Shown piece after piece: positions 1 to 9,583 of a stretch of 28,032 bases of DNA. The position numbers and the translations under genes were made by a program. The notes below the pieces were generated by a model. It worked only from the letters and a program-made list of their open reading frames with translations. It did not search any database and was not told the DNA's origin. The DNA is from a virus (taxonomy: Duplodnaviria > Heunggongvirae > Uroviricota > Caudoviricetes): IMG/VR virus record IMGVR_UViG_648276649_000002; one strand, given 5' to 3'. Positions within the stretch are counted from its first letter, which is position 1, and every line of letters starts with the position of its first letter.

Positions 1-258
1 ATGCAAACCGTTATTTTTGGTCGTCCGGGTTGCCCTTACTGTGTGCGTGCAAAAGATCTGGCTGAGAAATTGAGCAATGAACGCGATGATTTTCAGTATC
101 AGTATGTAGATATTCGTGCGGAAGGGATCACTAAAGAAGATCTACAACAAAAGGCAGGTAAACCCGTAGAAACCGTGCCGCAGATTTTTGTCGATCAGCA
201 ACATATCGGCGGCTATACCGATTTTGCTGCATGGGTGAAAGAAAATCTGGACGCCTGA
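1..258 (+). CDS. grxA: glutaredoxin 1
   Basis: 85-aa ORF with CPYC active-site motif; recognised as E. coli GrxA from the translated sequence. Confidence 0.9.
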   Translation: MQTVIFGRPGCPYCVRAKDLAEKLSNERDDFQYQYVDIRAEGITKEDLQQKAGKPVETVPQIFVDQQHIGGYTDFAAWVKENLDA

Positions 259-267
259 TCGTCTGAC

Positions 268-300
268 AAGCCCTCGCGTTGAGGGCTTTACTGATTTTTT
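268..300. terminator. hairpin (aagccctc / gagggctt) followed by T-run, between convergent grxA and ybjM
   Basis: 8-bp inverted repeat with 5-nt loop, then tactgatttttt on the + strand. Confidence 0.5.
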
Positions 301-665
301 CTGTGCTGTGGTTTAAACAAACTACTGATAAATAAGAAACACAGTGCCCCCAGCGCACACCAGAACACCGCGCTTAGTAACCATGCCAGCTCTTGCCAGA
401 ATGAGCGCGTCGGTGAAAAAAACAGCCGCATAATGAGCATCGAACAGGGTGCCGCCAGCATTGCGCCAAACAGAGGTTTCAGGACTTCTCTACGCTGTGA
501 AAAGAAGCTGGCGACTGCTCCAGGAAGAATGAAAAATAGCAAGCCGATTTCAGGATGCCCGGCAGCCCGAAAAGCGCCTTTCATGTGCGTCGCCAGAAAA
601 AGGCACACCACAATGAAGAGGACAAAACAGCAGATTGCCCCCGCCCAACGTTGTTTATGTTTCAC
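288..665 (-). CDS. ybjM: inner membrane protein YbjM
   Basis: 125-aa hydrophobic ORF; position and size match E. coli ybjM next to grxA. Confidence 0.75.
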   Translation of the reverse strand: MKHKQRWAGAICCFVLFIVVCLFLATHMKGAFRAAGHPEIGLLFFILPGAVASFFSQRREVLKPLFGAMLAAPCSMLIMRLFFSPTRSFWQELAWLLSAVFWCALGALCFLFISSLFKPQHRKNQ

Positions 666-934
666 TCGTTCCTCCTGACACTGCGTCTATCGAACACATT
701 TTTCGCCAGTGTGGCGTTCAGTAAGATAAAGCCGCTTCGCATTCCATGCTAATATAGGCCAACGCAATTCATATAGCCGTTGATACCTAATGTGATTACA
801 CTAGTAAAATATATTGTTACTTTACTATCGTTTAGGTGCGCTGAATGAATCTGCGCCCTGAATTCTGGTAAAAAACATTATCGTAAATTACCATTTCTTT
901 CAACAGCTTACTAGTAAACAAGAAGTTAGCCTCC

Positions 935-2620
935 GTGAATATAAACGTCGCCGAATTGTTAAATGGGAATTACATTCTGTTATTATTTGTGGTCCTCGCG
1001 CTTGGGCTATGTCTCGGAAAGTTACGACTTGGTTCGATCCAACTGGGTAATTCCATTGGCGTTTTAGTCGTATCGCTGTTATTAGGCCAACAACATTTCA
1101 GCATTAACACCGATGCGCTTAATCTTGGCTTTATGCTGTTTATTTTCTGCGTCGGGGTCGAAGCCGGACCGAACTTTTTTTCCATTTTTTTTCGCGATGG
1201 GAAAAATTACCTAATGTTAGCACTGGTGATGGTTGGCAGTGCGCTGGTGATCGCCTTAGGGTTAGGTAAGCTGTTTGGCTGGGATATTGGCCTGACGGCC
1301 GGTATGTTAGCAGGCTCTATGACGTCGACACCGGTTCTGGTCGGTGCTGGCGATACACTGCGTCATTCCGGCATGGAAAGCAGGCAGCTCTCACTGGCAC
1401 TGGATAATCTGAGCCTCGGGTATGCCTTAACCTATTTAATCGGTCTGGTGAGTTTGATTGTTGGTGCGCGTTACTTGCCGAAATTGCAGCATCAGGACTT
1501 ACAGACCAGCGCCCAGCAAATCGCCCGCGAACGTGGCCTGGACACTGATGCCAACCGTAAGGTTTATTTACCGGTGATCCGCGCCTATCGCGTCGGCCCG
1601 GAGCTGGTGGCCTGGACCGACGGCAAAAATCTGCGTGAACTGGGTATTTATCGACAAACCGGCTGCTACATTGAACGTATTCGACGTAACGGGATTCTGG
1701 CAAATCCAGACGGTGATGCCGTGCTACAAATGGGCGATGAAATAGCGTTGGTAGGCTATCCCGACGCCCATGCCCGACTCGATCCCAGCTTCCGTAACGG
1801 TAAAGAAGTTTTCGATCGTGACCTTCTCGACATGCGTATCGTCACTGAAGAAGTGGTCGTTAAAAACCATAACGCTGTAGGTAAACGTCTCGCACAACTG
1901 AAGTTGACCGATCACGGTTGCTTCCTTAACCGCGTCATTCGTAGCCAGATTGAGATGCCGATAGATGACAACGTCGTGCTTAACAAAGGTGACGTTTTAC
2001 AAGTCAGCGGTGATGCCCGTCGCGTAAAAACCATCGCCGATCGCATCGGCTTTATCTCGATTCACAGCCAGGTCACTGACCTGCTGGCATTTTGCGCCTT
2101 CTTTGTTATTGGGCTGATGATCGGGATGATCACCTTCCAGTTCAGCACATTCAGTTTCGGCATGGGGAACGCTGCCGGGTTGTTATTCGCCGGAATTATG
2201 CTGGGCTTTATGCGTGCTAACCACCCGACCTTCGGTTACATTCCGCAAGGTGCATTAAGCATGGTGAAAGAGTTCGGCTTGATGGTGTTTATGGCAGGCG
2301 TTGGTCTGAGCGCCGGTAGCGGTATTAATAACGGCCTGGGCGCGATTGGCGGTCAGATGTTGATTGCCGGATTAATTGTCAGTCTTGTGCCCGTGGTTAT
2401 CTGTTTCTTGTTCGGTGCTTATGTATTGCGAATGAACCGCGCACTGTTGTTCGGCGCAATGATGGGCGCACGCACCTGCGCGCCGGCAATGGAGATCATC
2501 AGTGATACAGCTCGCAGTAACATCCCTGCGCTGGGCTACGCGGGCACCTACGCAATCGCCAACGTCCTGCTGACGCTGGCAGGGACAATCATCGTCATGG
2601 TATGGCCAGGATTAGGATAA
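935..2620 (+). CDS. ybjL: putative AAE-family transporter YbjL
   Basis: 561-aa ORF with membrane domains at both ends and a soluble central region; recognised as YbjL from sequence and synteny. Confidence 0.85.
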
Positions 2621-2722
2621 AACTGAAGTTGCCCTGAAAATGAAATTTTTTTGCACAACCGCAGAACTTTTCCGCAGGGCATCAGTCTTAATTAGTGCCA
2701 CTGCTTTTCTTTGATGTCCCCA

Positions 2723-2766
2723 TTTTGTGGAGCCCATCAACCCCGCCATTTCGGTTCAAGGTTGAT
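2723..2766 (+). terminator. terminator-like hairpin in the host-prophage junction region
   Basis: perfect 10-bp inverted repeat cccatcaacc / ggttgatggg with 17-nt loop, followed by tttttt. Confidence 0.4.
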
Positions 2767-2855
2767 GGGTTTTTTGTTGCCTGAAATTTATGCTTTTTAA
2801 AATCATGATGTTAGACGCACTGTTTTTTAATGATGGCGACAAATTGGCGGCAGAG

Positions 2856-3074
2856 TCAAAGAGAGAGCGCCCCCTGTCCTGATTTCATTGGATGCGGCTG
2901 AACCGGATTTGACTCTTTTGGCGTTGCAATCGAACGAACAAAAGTTTCATGGGTTACAAAAGTATGGCTGCAGTTAATATTCTGGCACTGGTTGTAACGC
3001 TCTTTGGTCAATGAAGATACCTGAAAACTGCTGCGAGTATGGGCGGCACTTCCACACAGTGGGCAAATCATCAT
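2856..3074 (-). CDS. ogr: Ogr/B-family zinc-finger late-gene activator
   Basis: 72-aa product from ATG at 3074 (MMICPLCGSAAHTRSS...CQNINC) with Cys4 pattern like P2 Ogr; GGGAGA 9 nt upstream. Confidence 0.8.
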   Translation of the reverse strand: MMICPLCGSAAHTRSSFQVSSLTKERYNQCQNINCSHTFVTHETFVRSIATPKESNPVQPHPMKSGQGALSL

Positions 3075-3164
3075 TTTTCGAGTTCTCCCCATTTTTGCTA
3101 AATTCACAATAATGATACCGCATTATTCCATTTTGCAAACTTAAAAGTTCTCCATTGCGAAGAA

Positions 3165-4265
3165 TCATTCCATTTCGAAATCATCAATCCTCACTTCAAG
3201 CTCCAGACTGGTCGTAAAACCATTATCCGGGCTGACGGTATGTGTCAGAGTCGTAATGGTCCATTCCGCATCATCTATCGGCTGTTTAAAACCACTGACC
3301 TTCACAGGCATTTCCGTGTAGAGATCTGCCCGCCCTTCTGCCAGTTGTAGAGAAAATGACGCAACGCCGCGTTGCAGGCGTTCCCACTGCATTTTCGCCG
3401 CTCGTTCGGCGTTGCTCCGGTTGGCATAAGTGCGATTAAGTACCAGCACGTTTTCATCCGTACCCACCAGGTAATCGCCCTGCTTCGCTTCTGGCTCTTT
3501 CTTCTGCTTCTTAGTTCTGCGCTTACGCTTCACCGTGGTGCTTTCTTTCTTCGCAGGTTCGCGGGTATGCAACCAGCTGGCAATTACGCCCGTGTAGGCT
3601 CCGCGATCTGCCAGGGTAAAGCGGTGACTGTCGCCGTCCTTACGTGTGATAGTGATCACCGGCAGTGGTTTACCGCTAGCACTTTTACCCTGTCCCTGCC
3701 GGATGAATAACAGATTGCCATTTTTCACCGACGCAATAGCACCGTACTGGCGCGCCAGCCGCATCAGAAAACTGCCGTCACTCTCATTAGTCTGGTCTAT
3801 ATGCTCCACAGGCTTATCCGACAGGTCTTTACCCAGTGCCATCTTCAGCTTGTGACGTACGGCTATTTCCTTCACTACTTCCCCGACGGTGGTCTTGTGC
3901 CACGACTTTTCACGGCGGGTATTCAGCGTTTCACGAAAATCAGCACTTCGCGCCCGAATAGTCAGGCGGTCCGGTGCGCCAGTGTGTTCAATCTCGTCCA
4001 CCGTGAATGCCCCTTTCGGGAAAAGCGGCTGCCCCTTCCAGCCCAGCGCCAGCGTAATGACCGCACCACGGCGCGGCAGCACGATTTTTCCGTCGGCGTC
4101 GTCCAGCTCCAGATCAAGCTGGTCCGCTTCAAAGCCCCGATTGTCCGTCAGCGTCAGACTCATCAGACGGTTATCCAGCACAGTGGTGATATCCCTGCCC
4201 TCAATACTGATACTGAATGCCGGAGTTTTGTTGCCTTTGTTAAGCAGTTCAGAGCTGAAATTCAT
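3165..4265 (-). CDS. D: tail protein D (late control D family)
   Basis: 366-aa ORF in the P2 gpD position; basic Lys/Arg-rich central segment; overlaps U stop. Confidence 0.85.
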   Translation of the reverse strand: MNFSSELLNKGNKTPAFSISIEGRDITTVLDNRLMSLTLTDNRGFEADQLDLELDDADGKIVLPRRGAVITLALGWKGQPLFPKGAFTVDEIEHTGAPDRLTIRARSADFRETLNTRREKSWHKTTVGEVVKEIAVRHKLKMALGKDLSDKPVEHIDQTNESDGSFLMRLARQYGAIASVKNGNLLFIRQGQGKSASGKPLPVITITRKDGDSHRFTLADRGAYTGVIASWLHTREPAKKESTTVKRKRRTKKQKKEPEAKQGDYLVGTDENVLVLNRTYANRSNAERAAKMQWERLQRGVASFSLQLAEGRADLYTEMPVKVSGFKQPIDDAEWTITTLTHTVSPDNGFTTSLELEVRIDDFEME

Positions 4266-4747
4266 GACAGCAGCCCTCCCACCGTTTTACTGATATCGCT
4301 TAAGGCAGATGTTGCCATGTCCTGCAGATTATTCAGCTGCGCACTGAGATCACCAAACATATCGGACAGGGATTCATCCACCCGTTTGAGCGACAGGGTG
4401 AACTCAATCCGGCGCGGCATACCGTCGCGGAAAAACTCCGTTTTGGTCTGATTCAGTCCCTCAATCACATACATGCCGTAAATCGTGCCGCTGCCTTCAA
4501 TCAGGGGCCATGCTTTCCCCTGCTCTGCCATCTGCTCCAGTGCCAGCAATGACAGCCTGCCGCCTGTTATCTCCGGCATAAGAACACCAGAAAGCGTCAG
4601 CATGTCGTTGTCCGGTCCCAGAAACTGCGTGGATGGACGACGATTTACCCGACTGTTAGCCGCATGTCGCCAGCTGCGCTGATACTGCAGTTCCTGATAC
4701 GGCACGGTGCGCAGCATAAACACGTACAATCCCAGCACCATCATCAT
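4262..4747 (-). CDS. U: tail protein U
   Basis: 161-aa ORF between T and D, as in P2 FETUD. Confidence 0.8.
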   Translation of the reverse strand: MMMVLGLYVFMLRTVPYQELQYQRSWRHAANSRVNRRPSTQFLGPDNDMLTLSGVLMPEITGGRLSLLALEQMAEQGKAWPLIEGSGTIYGMYVIEGLNQTKTEFFRDGMPRRIEFTLSLKRVDESLSDMFGDLSAQLNNLQDMATSALSDISKTVGGLLS

Positions 4748-6300
4748 GCGTCGTATCCCCCCTGATCGCTGTAGTTACTCCTGGCTTTTGCCTTCAGCCT
4801 GCGTTCACGTTCATCAAGCTGGCGGGCCACCTCCCGCGCAATATCCTGCGCACTTTGTCCTGGCTGCGTCTGAATGATGATCTGCGTCGGTGCCTCAATC
4901 CGTTGAACGGGCGGCACAGTGGCTGCACGACTCACCATCGCTTCGCCGCCTTTCGCGGGAAGTGCCAAAGGATGTAACGGTGGAAGCTCTGTAGGCGCGG
5001 CAGCAACGCCCATCATTTCGGCAACAACCGCAGCCAGTGCAGCGGTATTTCTCCGGCTGGTCACGTTTGCCGGGCCGTTGACAATTTCCGGCCCGTTTTC
5101 ACCGACGATGCCAAACTGCCCGCGCGGGATATAGCCGCCGCTGTCATACATCCCCGCAAAGCCATATCCCCATGACGGAAAACCACCCGATGGCATCATC
5201 ACTTTACCGTCTGCATTCACCGTCGCAGGTTGCTGACGCGTCACGCTTTCCGGCAGTTTCGCCTTTGCGGCCTCTTTACTGACAATGCCGAGCTTCTCCA
5301 GCAACCAGGAAACGCCGGATTTCAGTGAGTCCAGCGGATGCATGACCATATTCAGCCCTTCCGCCAGTGCCTCCCCGAATCGCCGCCCCATTGCCGCTGC
5401 ACTCTGCAGTTCGGCAGAGGTCGACTTAACGGGCGTCAGCAGATCAGTAAACCAGCCCCACAGCGCCTGCACTTTGTCGCCAATCCACTGAAACACAGGC
5501 TTAAGTGGTTCGAATGCAGCACTGATGGGACCTGCCGCCGCTTTGAATCCTTCCACCACGCCACCGAGAAATGCGGTGATGGGTTGCCAGTATTTCCAGA
5601 CAACCAGCGCCACGCCCGCCAGTGCAGTAACCACAAGACCTATCGGACTGAGCAGAGCACCTAACAGACCAGATACGGCATACAGAGCAACGCGCAGCAT
5701 CGCCAGCGGACCGGATGCCAGCACTCGCAGCACCGCGCCTGCGGCGGTCAGTCCACCGCGCAGTACCGCCAGTGGATTCATAAACATCACAGCAACCGCA
5801 CGTAAACCGGATAATCCAGACCGCAATAGTGCAACCGGCGCACCTGCTACAGTTTTCAGGACATTTCCCGTCAGTGATGCCGTACGGCGCAAAGACGACA
5901 ACGGCGCAGTAAGTAAACCCGCTGCGTTACCCGATGAAGCAAGCCCGCGTCGCAGCACTGCCAGTGGAGCGCCAGCCAGCCAGGACAACGCGCTGCTGGT
6001 TCGTGTTACTGCTGCCGTAACGGAAGGTAACGTTTTGATGCCCAGCACAGAGAATCCCAGACGGATGACTGCCAGCGGCCCCAGCACTGCAGCCAGCGCC
6101 ACAGCCAGGGTGCCGAGTCCTACGGTAACCGCAGCCACAATAGCGGCTACTTTCATCAGTGTGCCCGTCAGTTCCGGGTTAGCTTCCACCCAGCGACGCA
6201 ACGCTCCCGTAACGCTTTTCACCGTGTACAGAATATCCATCAGCGGCATAACGTCAGTAACGGATGGCGGCCAGTGAAAAATGGTGGCGATATCAGCCAC
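4744..6300 (-). CDS. T: tail tape measure protein, shortened; no independent ATG, frame continuous with E'
   Basis: 518-aa Ala/Leu/Gly-rich ORF with hydrophobic repeats and a C-terminal MYDSGGYIPRGQFGIVGENGPEI-type segment; only about 1.56 kb lies between E and U. Confidence 0.7.
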   Translation of the reverse strand: MADIATIFHWPPSVTDVMPLMDILYTVKSVTGALRRWVEANPELTGTLMKVAAIVAAVTVGLGTLAVALAAVLGPLAVIRLGFSVLGIKTLPSVTAAVTRTSSALSWLAGAPLAVLRRGLASSGNAAGLLTAPLSSLRRTASLTGNVLKTVAGAPVALLRSGLSGLRAVAVMFMNPLAVLRGGLTAAGAVLRVLASGPLAMLRVALYAVSGLLGALLSPIGLVVTALAGVALVVWKYWQPITAFLGGVVEGFKAAAGPISAAFEPLKPVFQWIGDKVQALWGWFTDLLTPVKSTSAELQSAAAMGRRFGEALAEGLNMVMHPLDSLKSGVSWLLEKLGIVSKEAAKAKLPESVTRQQPATVNADGKVMMPSGGFPSWGYGFAGMYDSGGYIPRGQFGIVGENGPEIVNGPANVTSRRNTAALAAVVAEMMGVAAAPTELPPLHPLALPAKGGEAMVSRAATVPPVQRIEAPTQIIIQTQPGQSAQDIAREVARQLDERERRLKAKARSNYSDQGGYDA

Positions 6301-6314
6301 CAGATCGTCAACCG

Positions 6315-6617
6315 TCAGGCTGTCGGTAAACCGGCAAGCACCGACTTCTTCAACAAAAAAGTGACAACCTCAACCGACATGGCAGTGAGATCTGCCGGGT
6401 CCATCTCTGCAATTTCCTGTGCAGTCAGTGCCGGACTGGAGATGCGGGGGATCACGGTCATCATCGCGTTCACATCCATATCCATAATGGCCTGCAGGCG
6501 TGTACCGCGCAGCGCACCGGACTGCGGTTTACGCAGCACAATTTCGGTGATTTCTGTTTTACCTCGCTTGATGGGGGTATCCAGTTGAATAGTCTTTTCA
6601 GTCTGCTTATCGCTCAT
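6315..6617 (-). CDS. E: tail assembly chaperone E
   Basis: 100-aa ORF directly upstream of the tape measure; contains the slippery heptamer near its 3' end. Confidence 0.8.
   Translation of the reverse strand: MSDKQTEKTIQLDTPIKRGKTEITEIVLRKPQSGALRGTRLQAIMDMDVNAMMTVIPRISSPALTAQEIAEMDPADLTAMSVEVVTFLLKKSVLAGLPTA
6354..6360 (-). other. programmed -1 frameshift slippery heptamer T TTT TTG (E to E')
   Basis: on the - strand reads ACT TTT TTG in the E frame; the -1 frame is open from here into the T ORF. Confidence 0.7.
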
Positions 6618-6671
6618 TTTGCTGTCCTGTAAATTGGGTTCTGGCGCGGTATCCCGCGCCGTTCAGATACA

Positions 6672-7187
6672 TCAGAGGCCGAGGGCGTTGCGGTGCGCTT
6701 CCATCAGGTCCACACCGTCCACAATTTCCACCATGTTGATAAGGTCCACTTCATAGAGCACCTCACCATTTATAGTCAGCTTCGCGTAGCTGTTGGTACT
6801 GGTCACTTTGGTGGTGTTGCTTTCGCCCGTCTTCCACTCTCCGGAATCCACTTCTTTGTGACGTCCACGCACCACAAGCTCCACAGCCTGCACTTCCCCG
6901 GTATCGTCACGCTGGATAGAGCCGGTAAAGCGCAGCTGGATGCCATCCACCGTAGCTTTGCCCATCTGTTTAAACAGCAGCAGTTCAGTACCACCAATGG
7001 AAAATTCTGTGTCCAGCGCACTGTCATCAAGCCCCAGATCCACATCCACTGCACCCGGCATTCCGCCGCCGCGATACTTCTCATATTTGCGGGTGAATTT
7101 CGGCAGCGTCAGCGACTCAACGATCCCCTGCCAGTTGTTCCCGTCATTAAACAGGTTCAGGTGTTTTAATTTGCGTGGTAAAGCCAT
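6672..7187 (-). CDS. FII: tail tube protein FII
   Basis: 171-aa ORF, size and position of P2 gpFII. Confidence 0.85.
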   Translation of the reverse strand: MALPRKLKHLNLFNDGNNWQGIVESLTLPKFTRKYEKYRGGGMPGAVDVDLGLDDSALDTEFSIGGTELLLFKQMGKATVDGIQLRFTGSIQRDDTGEVQAVELVVRGRHKEVDSGEWKTGESNTTKVTSTNSYAKLTINGEVLYEVDLINMVEIVDGVDLMEAHRNALGL

Positions 7188-7196
7188 GTTGTCCCC

Positions 7197-8036
7197 TTAC
7201 GCGCTGACCTGGCTGGAGAAATTCACCAGGTACTGATCGGTGATGCGCTGACGCAGCATCAGGTTTTCAAGTGGCGGCACTGGCGTGTAGTCGTAATCGA
7301 TGGTGAGTTTTCCGGCTTTCAGGGTGTCTTTGTCGTTCACCGACTCGTCCAGCCAGCAATCACCACCAATGAGATACCCCTGACTTACCAGGCTGCGCAT
7401 TTTGGCGCGGATACCCTCGATAATGTCGCGCGCCAGCGACGGGTTCAGCGGTTTGTCCACCGCCCACATGTGCGCTTCTGCCATTGTGTCCGTCAGCACC
7501 TGCGCCGTGCGAGTGTAGTTTTCGAAAGCAAAAAGCGGATCATCGCTCAGACAGCGGGAACCCCAGAAGCGGAAACCATCCTTGCGCACAAGCGTGGTGA
7601 CGTCGTTCTGGTTAAGCAGTCCCGCATCGGTTGCCGGGTCCTGCAGATCCCAGAACACATCAGCAGAAATTCCGGTGACACCGTTCACGCCCACGTTGGA
7701 CAGGCTTTTGTGCCATCCGGTCTGCTCGTCAATTTTGGCGCGCAGACCAAGCGCTCGGGCGGTGGCATATGCCGTTGCTTCGGCATTCAGCACCGTGTCC
7801 CAGCCAGTAAAGTCAGGCCAGATCAGCATCCCTTCGCGCTGGCTAAAGTTTTCACGGTAAGTGATCGCCTCCTGTACCGTCTTGCAGCCATACGCTGACA
7901 GGTAAGCAAATCCACGCAGGCTTTGCGCCACGCTCAGCAACTCAGTAGCTACCGCCTTGGTGTCGTGGCCTGGCACGCCGAGAATGCGCGGTTTAACGCC
8001 GAGCTGTGACTGGGCAGATAATCCAGTTGGTTTCAA
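7197..8036 (-). pseudogene. FI: tail sheath protein FI, 5'-truncated; retains about the C-terminal 280 of about 396 aa
   Basis: strong match to P2-type sheath from [11 protein letters not shown] onward to [12 protein letters not shown]; no N-terminal third and no ATG (the track start is TTG). Confidence 0.8.
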
Positions 8037-8148
8037 GGTCGCCCGTTTTCACCCGGCAAAGCCAGTTATCCCGGTCCACCTCGGTGACTACACCAGTGCG
8101 GATCAGGTTGGTGATAAGGCGCATGATTTCAGTCAGTTGTGCATTCAT
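7993..8148 (-). pseudogene. V: baseplate spike protein V, N-terminal fragment of about 45 aa then out-of-frame tail
   Basis: ATG at 8148; [36 protein letters not shown] resembles gpV N-terminus; runs into the FI remnant. Confidence 0.65.
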
Positions 8149-8159
8149 GAGAGCGATCC

Positions 8160-8188
8160 TTGCACAACCGGGTAGAGTGATGTAATAC
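8160..8188 (+). promoter_or_regulatory. candidate sigma70 promoter for the antisense moron ORF
   Basis: TTGCAC, 17-nt spacer, TAATAC on the + strand about 55 nt upstream of ATG 8244. Confidence 0.35.
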
Positions 8189-8196
8189 AGAGCGTA

Positions 8197-8214
8197 TGTA
8201 TGGAGAACCACACA
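8197..8214. promoter_or_regulatory. TGT-N12-ACA dyad, candidate Ogr-dependent late promoter element (pV)
   Basis: TGTatggagaaccacACA, centred about 57 nt upstream of the V' start codon; shares gaACCACACAAA with the dyad upstream of P. Confidence 0.4.
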
Positions 8215-8243
8215 AAAGAGAAACAATTTCTAAGGTATTTAAG

Positions 8244-9110
8244 ATGACACAAATCGCAATTTATGGATTTAATTTCACTAAAAAAATCACATTTGACGGT
8301 GGTGAGTTAACTCCTATTTTCAGTTCATGGAGTGAGTTAAAAAAAAATGGCTGGGATAATGATAGGTACATCCTCACTGGTTTTTTCAAACCAAACTCGA
8401 ATAACTACGCCACTCAACAGCAGCTTATTTTTGATTTACAAGCAGTTCTTAGTTTTATTGAACAAAAAAATGTAATCATTTCAGGAGAACTTGAAAATGA
8501 TGAAACCCCTTTCAATTTCAAACCATCTCTACCCAAAAAGCTTGACAAAAAAAGAGATAAGGGTGCGGGCATTATCATCATGGAAGATTATTTTGCACCA
8601 AACAGCCGAGAAAATTTTATTTGCTTAGCCATGGAAAAACTAAATAGTAAAGCCATGCTAAAACAAGATGCCTTTAGAACATCATTTTTTAAATCAATGC
8701 TAGCTTTCCGCGACTCAATAAATTATATCGACGTCAGATATTATTTATTATTCTCGGCACTAGAAGCACTTTGCAGATTTATTAAAAATGACTACTCCCC
8801 TGCCAAAACACCACAAATAATCACTCAGGTTTTAAAAGAATATGGTTTTAATGTCGAAAAAACAGGACATACATTAGCTCAAAGAAACATTATGCATTAC
8901 TGCAAACTCCGTCACTCGCTGTTCCACAATGGTAAATACATTGCCTATCTTGATGAAAAAAACTCAGATGGCAAAATTGAAATTCAAGATTACTCATCAA
9001 ATTTGAATTTACTGGTGCCACTTGTACTAATGAAATTCATAGGATTTGATGACAATTATATAAACTGGGACTCATGGATTGATAGGAATCCATTTATCAG
9101 TAAAAAGTAA
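8244..9110 (+). CDS. hypothetical cargo protein, possible HEPN-like (Rx4H) abortive-infection candidate
   Basis: 288-aa ORF from ATG 8244 with AAGG upstream; strongly AT-rich, antisense to the late operon; C-terminal YCKLRHSLFHNGK motif. Confidence 0.7.
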   Translation: MTQIAIYGFNFTKKITFDGGELTPIFSSWSELKKNGWDNDRYILTGFFKPNSNNYATQQQLIFDLQAVLSFIEQKNVIISGELENDETPFNFKPSLPKKLDKKRDKGAGIIIMEDYFAPNSRENFICLAMEKLNSKAMLKQDAFRTSFFKSMLAFRDSINYIDVRYYLLFSALEALCRFIKNDYSPAKTPQIITQVLKEYGFNVEKTGHTLAQRNIMHYCKLRHSLFHNGKYIAYLDEKNSDGKIEIQDYSSNLNLLVPLVLMKFIGFDDNYINWDSWIDRNPFISKK

Positions 9111-9136
9111 ACTAAATTTTATAAATGTGGTTTTAT

Positions 9137-9583
9137 TTATCTCTGTAACCAATTTAGCAAAGCATCCTGAATGACAGTTTCCACATCATCATTTACGCCT
9201 AGGAGACGACGCTCTGCATAACGGACCTCCGGTCCTCTTCGACTGATGCGATCACGCAGGCCGTAGTGATGAACGCGGGCAATGCGCTGCACCTTACCTT
9301 CAAACTGCACGCTGGCAGAATCGGCGCTGGCGGCAGTTTTCAGGTATTTTGTGGTGCGCAGCTTTGTAAACATCTGACGTTTGATGCGCCCCTTTTTGCT
9401 GCGTGCTGTTACCCGTCGCGGCTCATAACTGCTGCCATCTGGATTGCGCTGCATCCTGATGTTCTGCTGCTGTGTCCGGCGCAGTTCCTGCGCCAGCTGG
9501 CGCATCATGCGGCTTCTTGCGGCTGGCTCCAGATTCGCCAGCAAGGCACTCAGCCAGTCGTCCACCTTCTGCAATTCAGCCAC
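9137..9583 (-). CDS. S: tail completion protein S
   Basis: 148-aa ORF in the gpS position downstream of R. Confidence 0.8.
   Translation of the reverse strand: MAELQKVDDWLSALLANLEPAARSRMMRQLAQELRRTQQQNIRMQRNPDGSSYEPRRVTARSKKGRIKRQMFTKLRTTKYLKTAASADSASVQFEGKVQRIARVHHYGLRDRISRRGPEVRYAERRLLGVNDDVETVIQDALLNWLQR

Noticed and set aside
433-752. 81-aa and 65-aa + strand ORFs
   Set aside because: Antisense to ybjM and in its promoter region; no support.
2621-2855. tRNA gene at the attachment site
   Set aside because: No acceptor/T-arm-like structure or CCA-proximal T-loop motif seen by eye; needs a covariance-model search to exclude fully.
3801-4451. 216-aa + strand ORF
   Set aside because: Antisense across the D/U junction; no start context.
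5525-6277. 250-aa + strand Ala/Ser/Thr-rich ORF
   Set aside because: Antisense to the tape measure gene; low-complexity product of the GC-rich antisense strand.
8196-8243. N-terminal extension MYGEPHKRETISKVFK of the moron ORF
   Set aside because: Non-ATG start overlapping the promoter and dyad; ATG 8244 with an upstream RBS is the more credible start.
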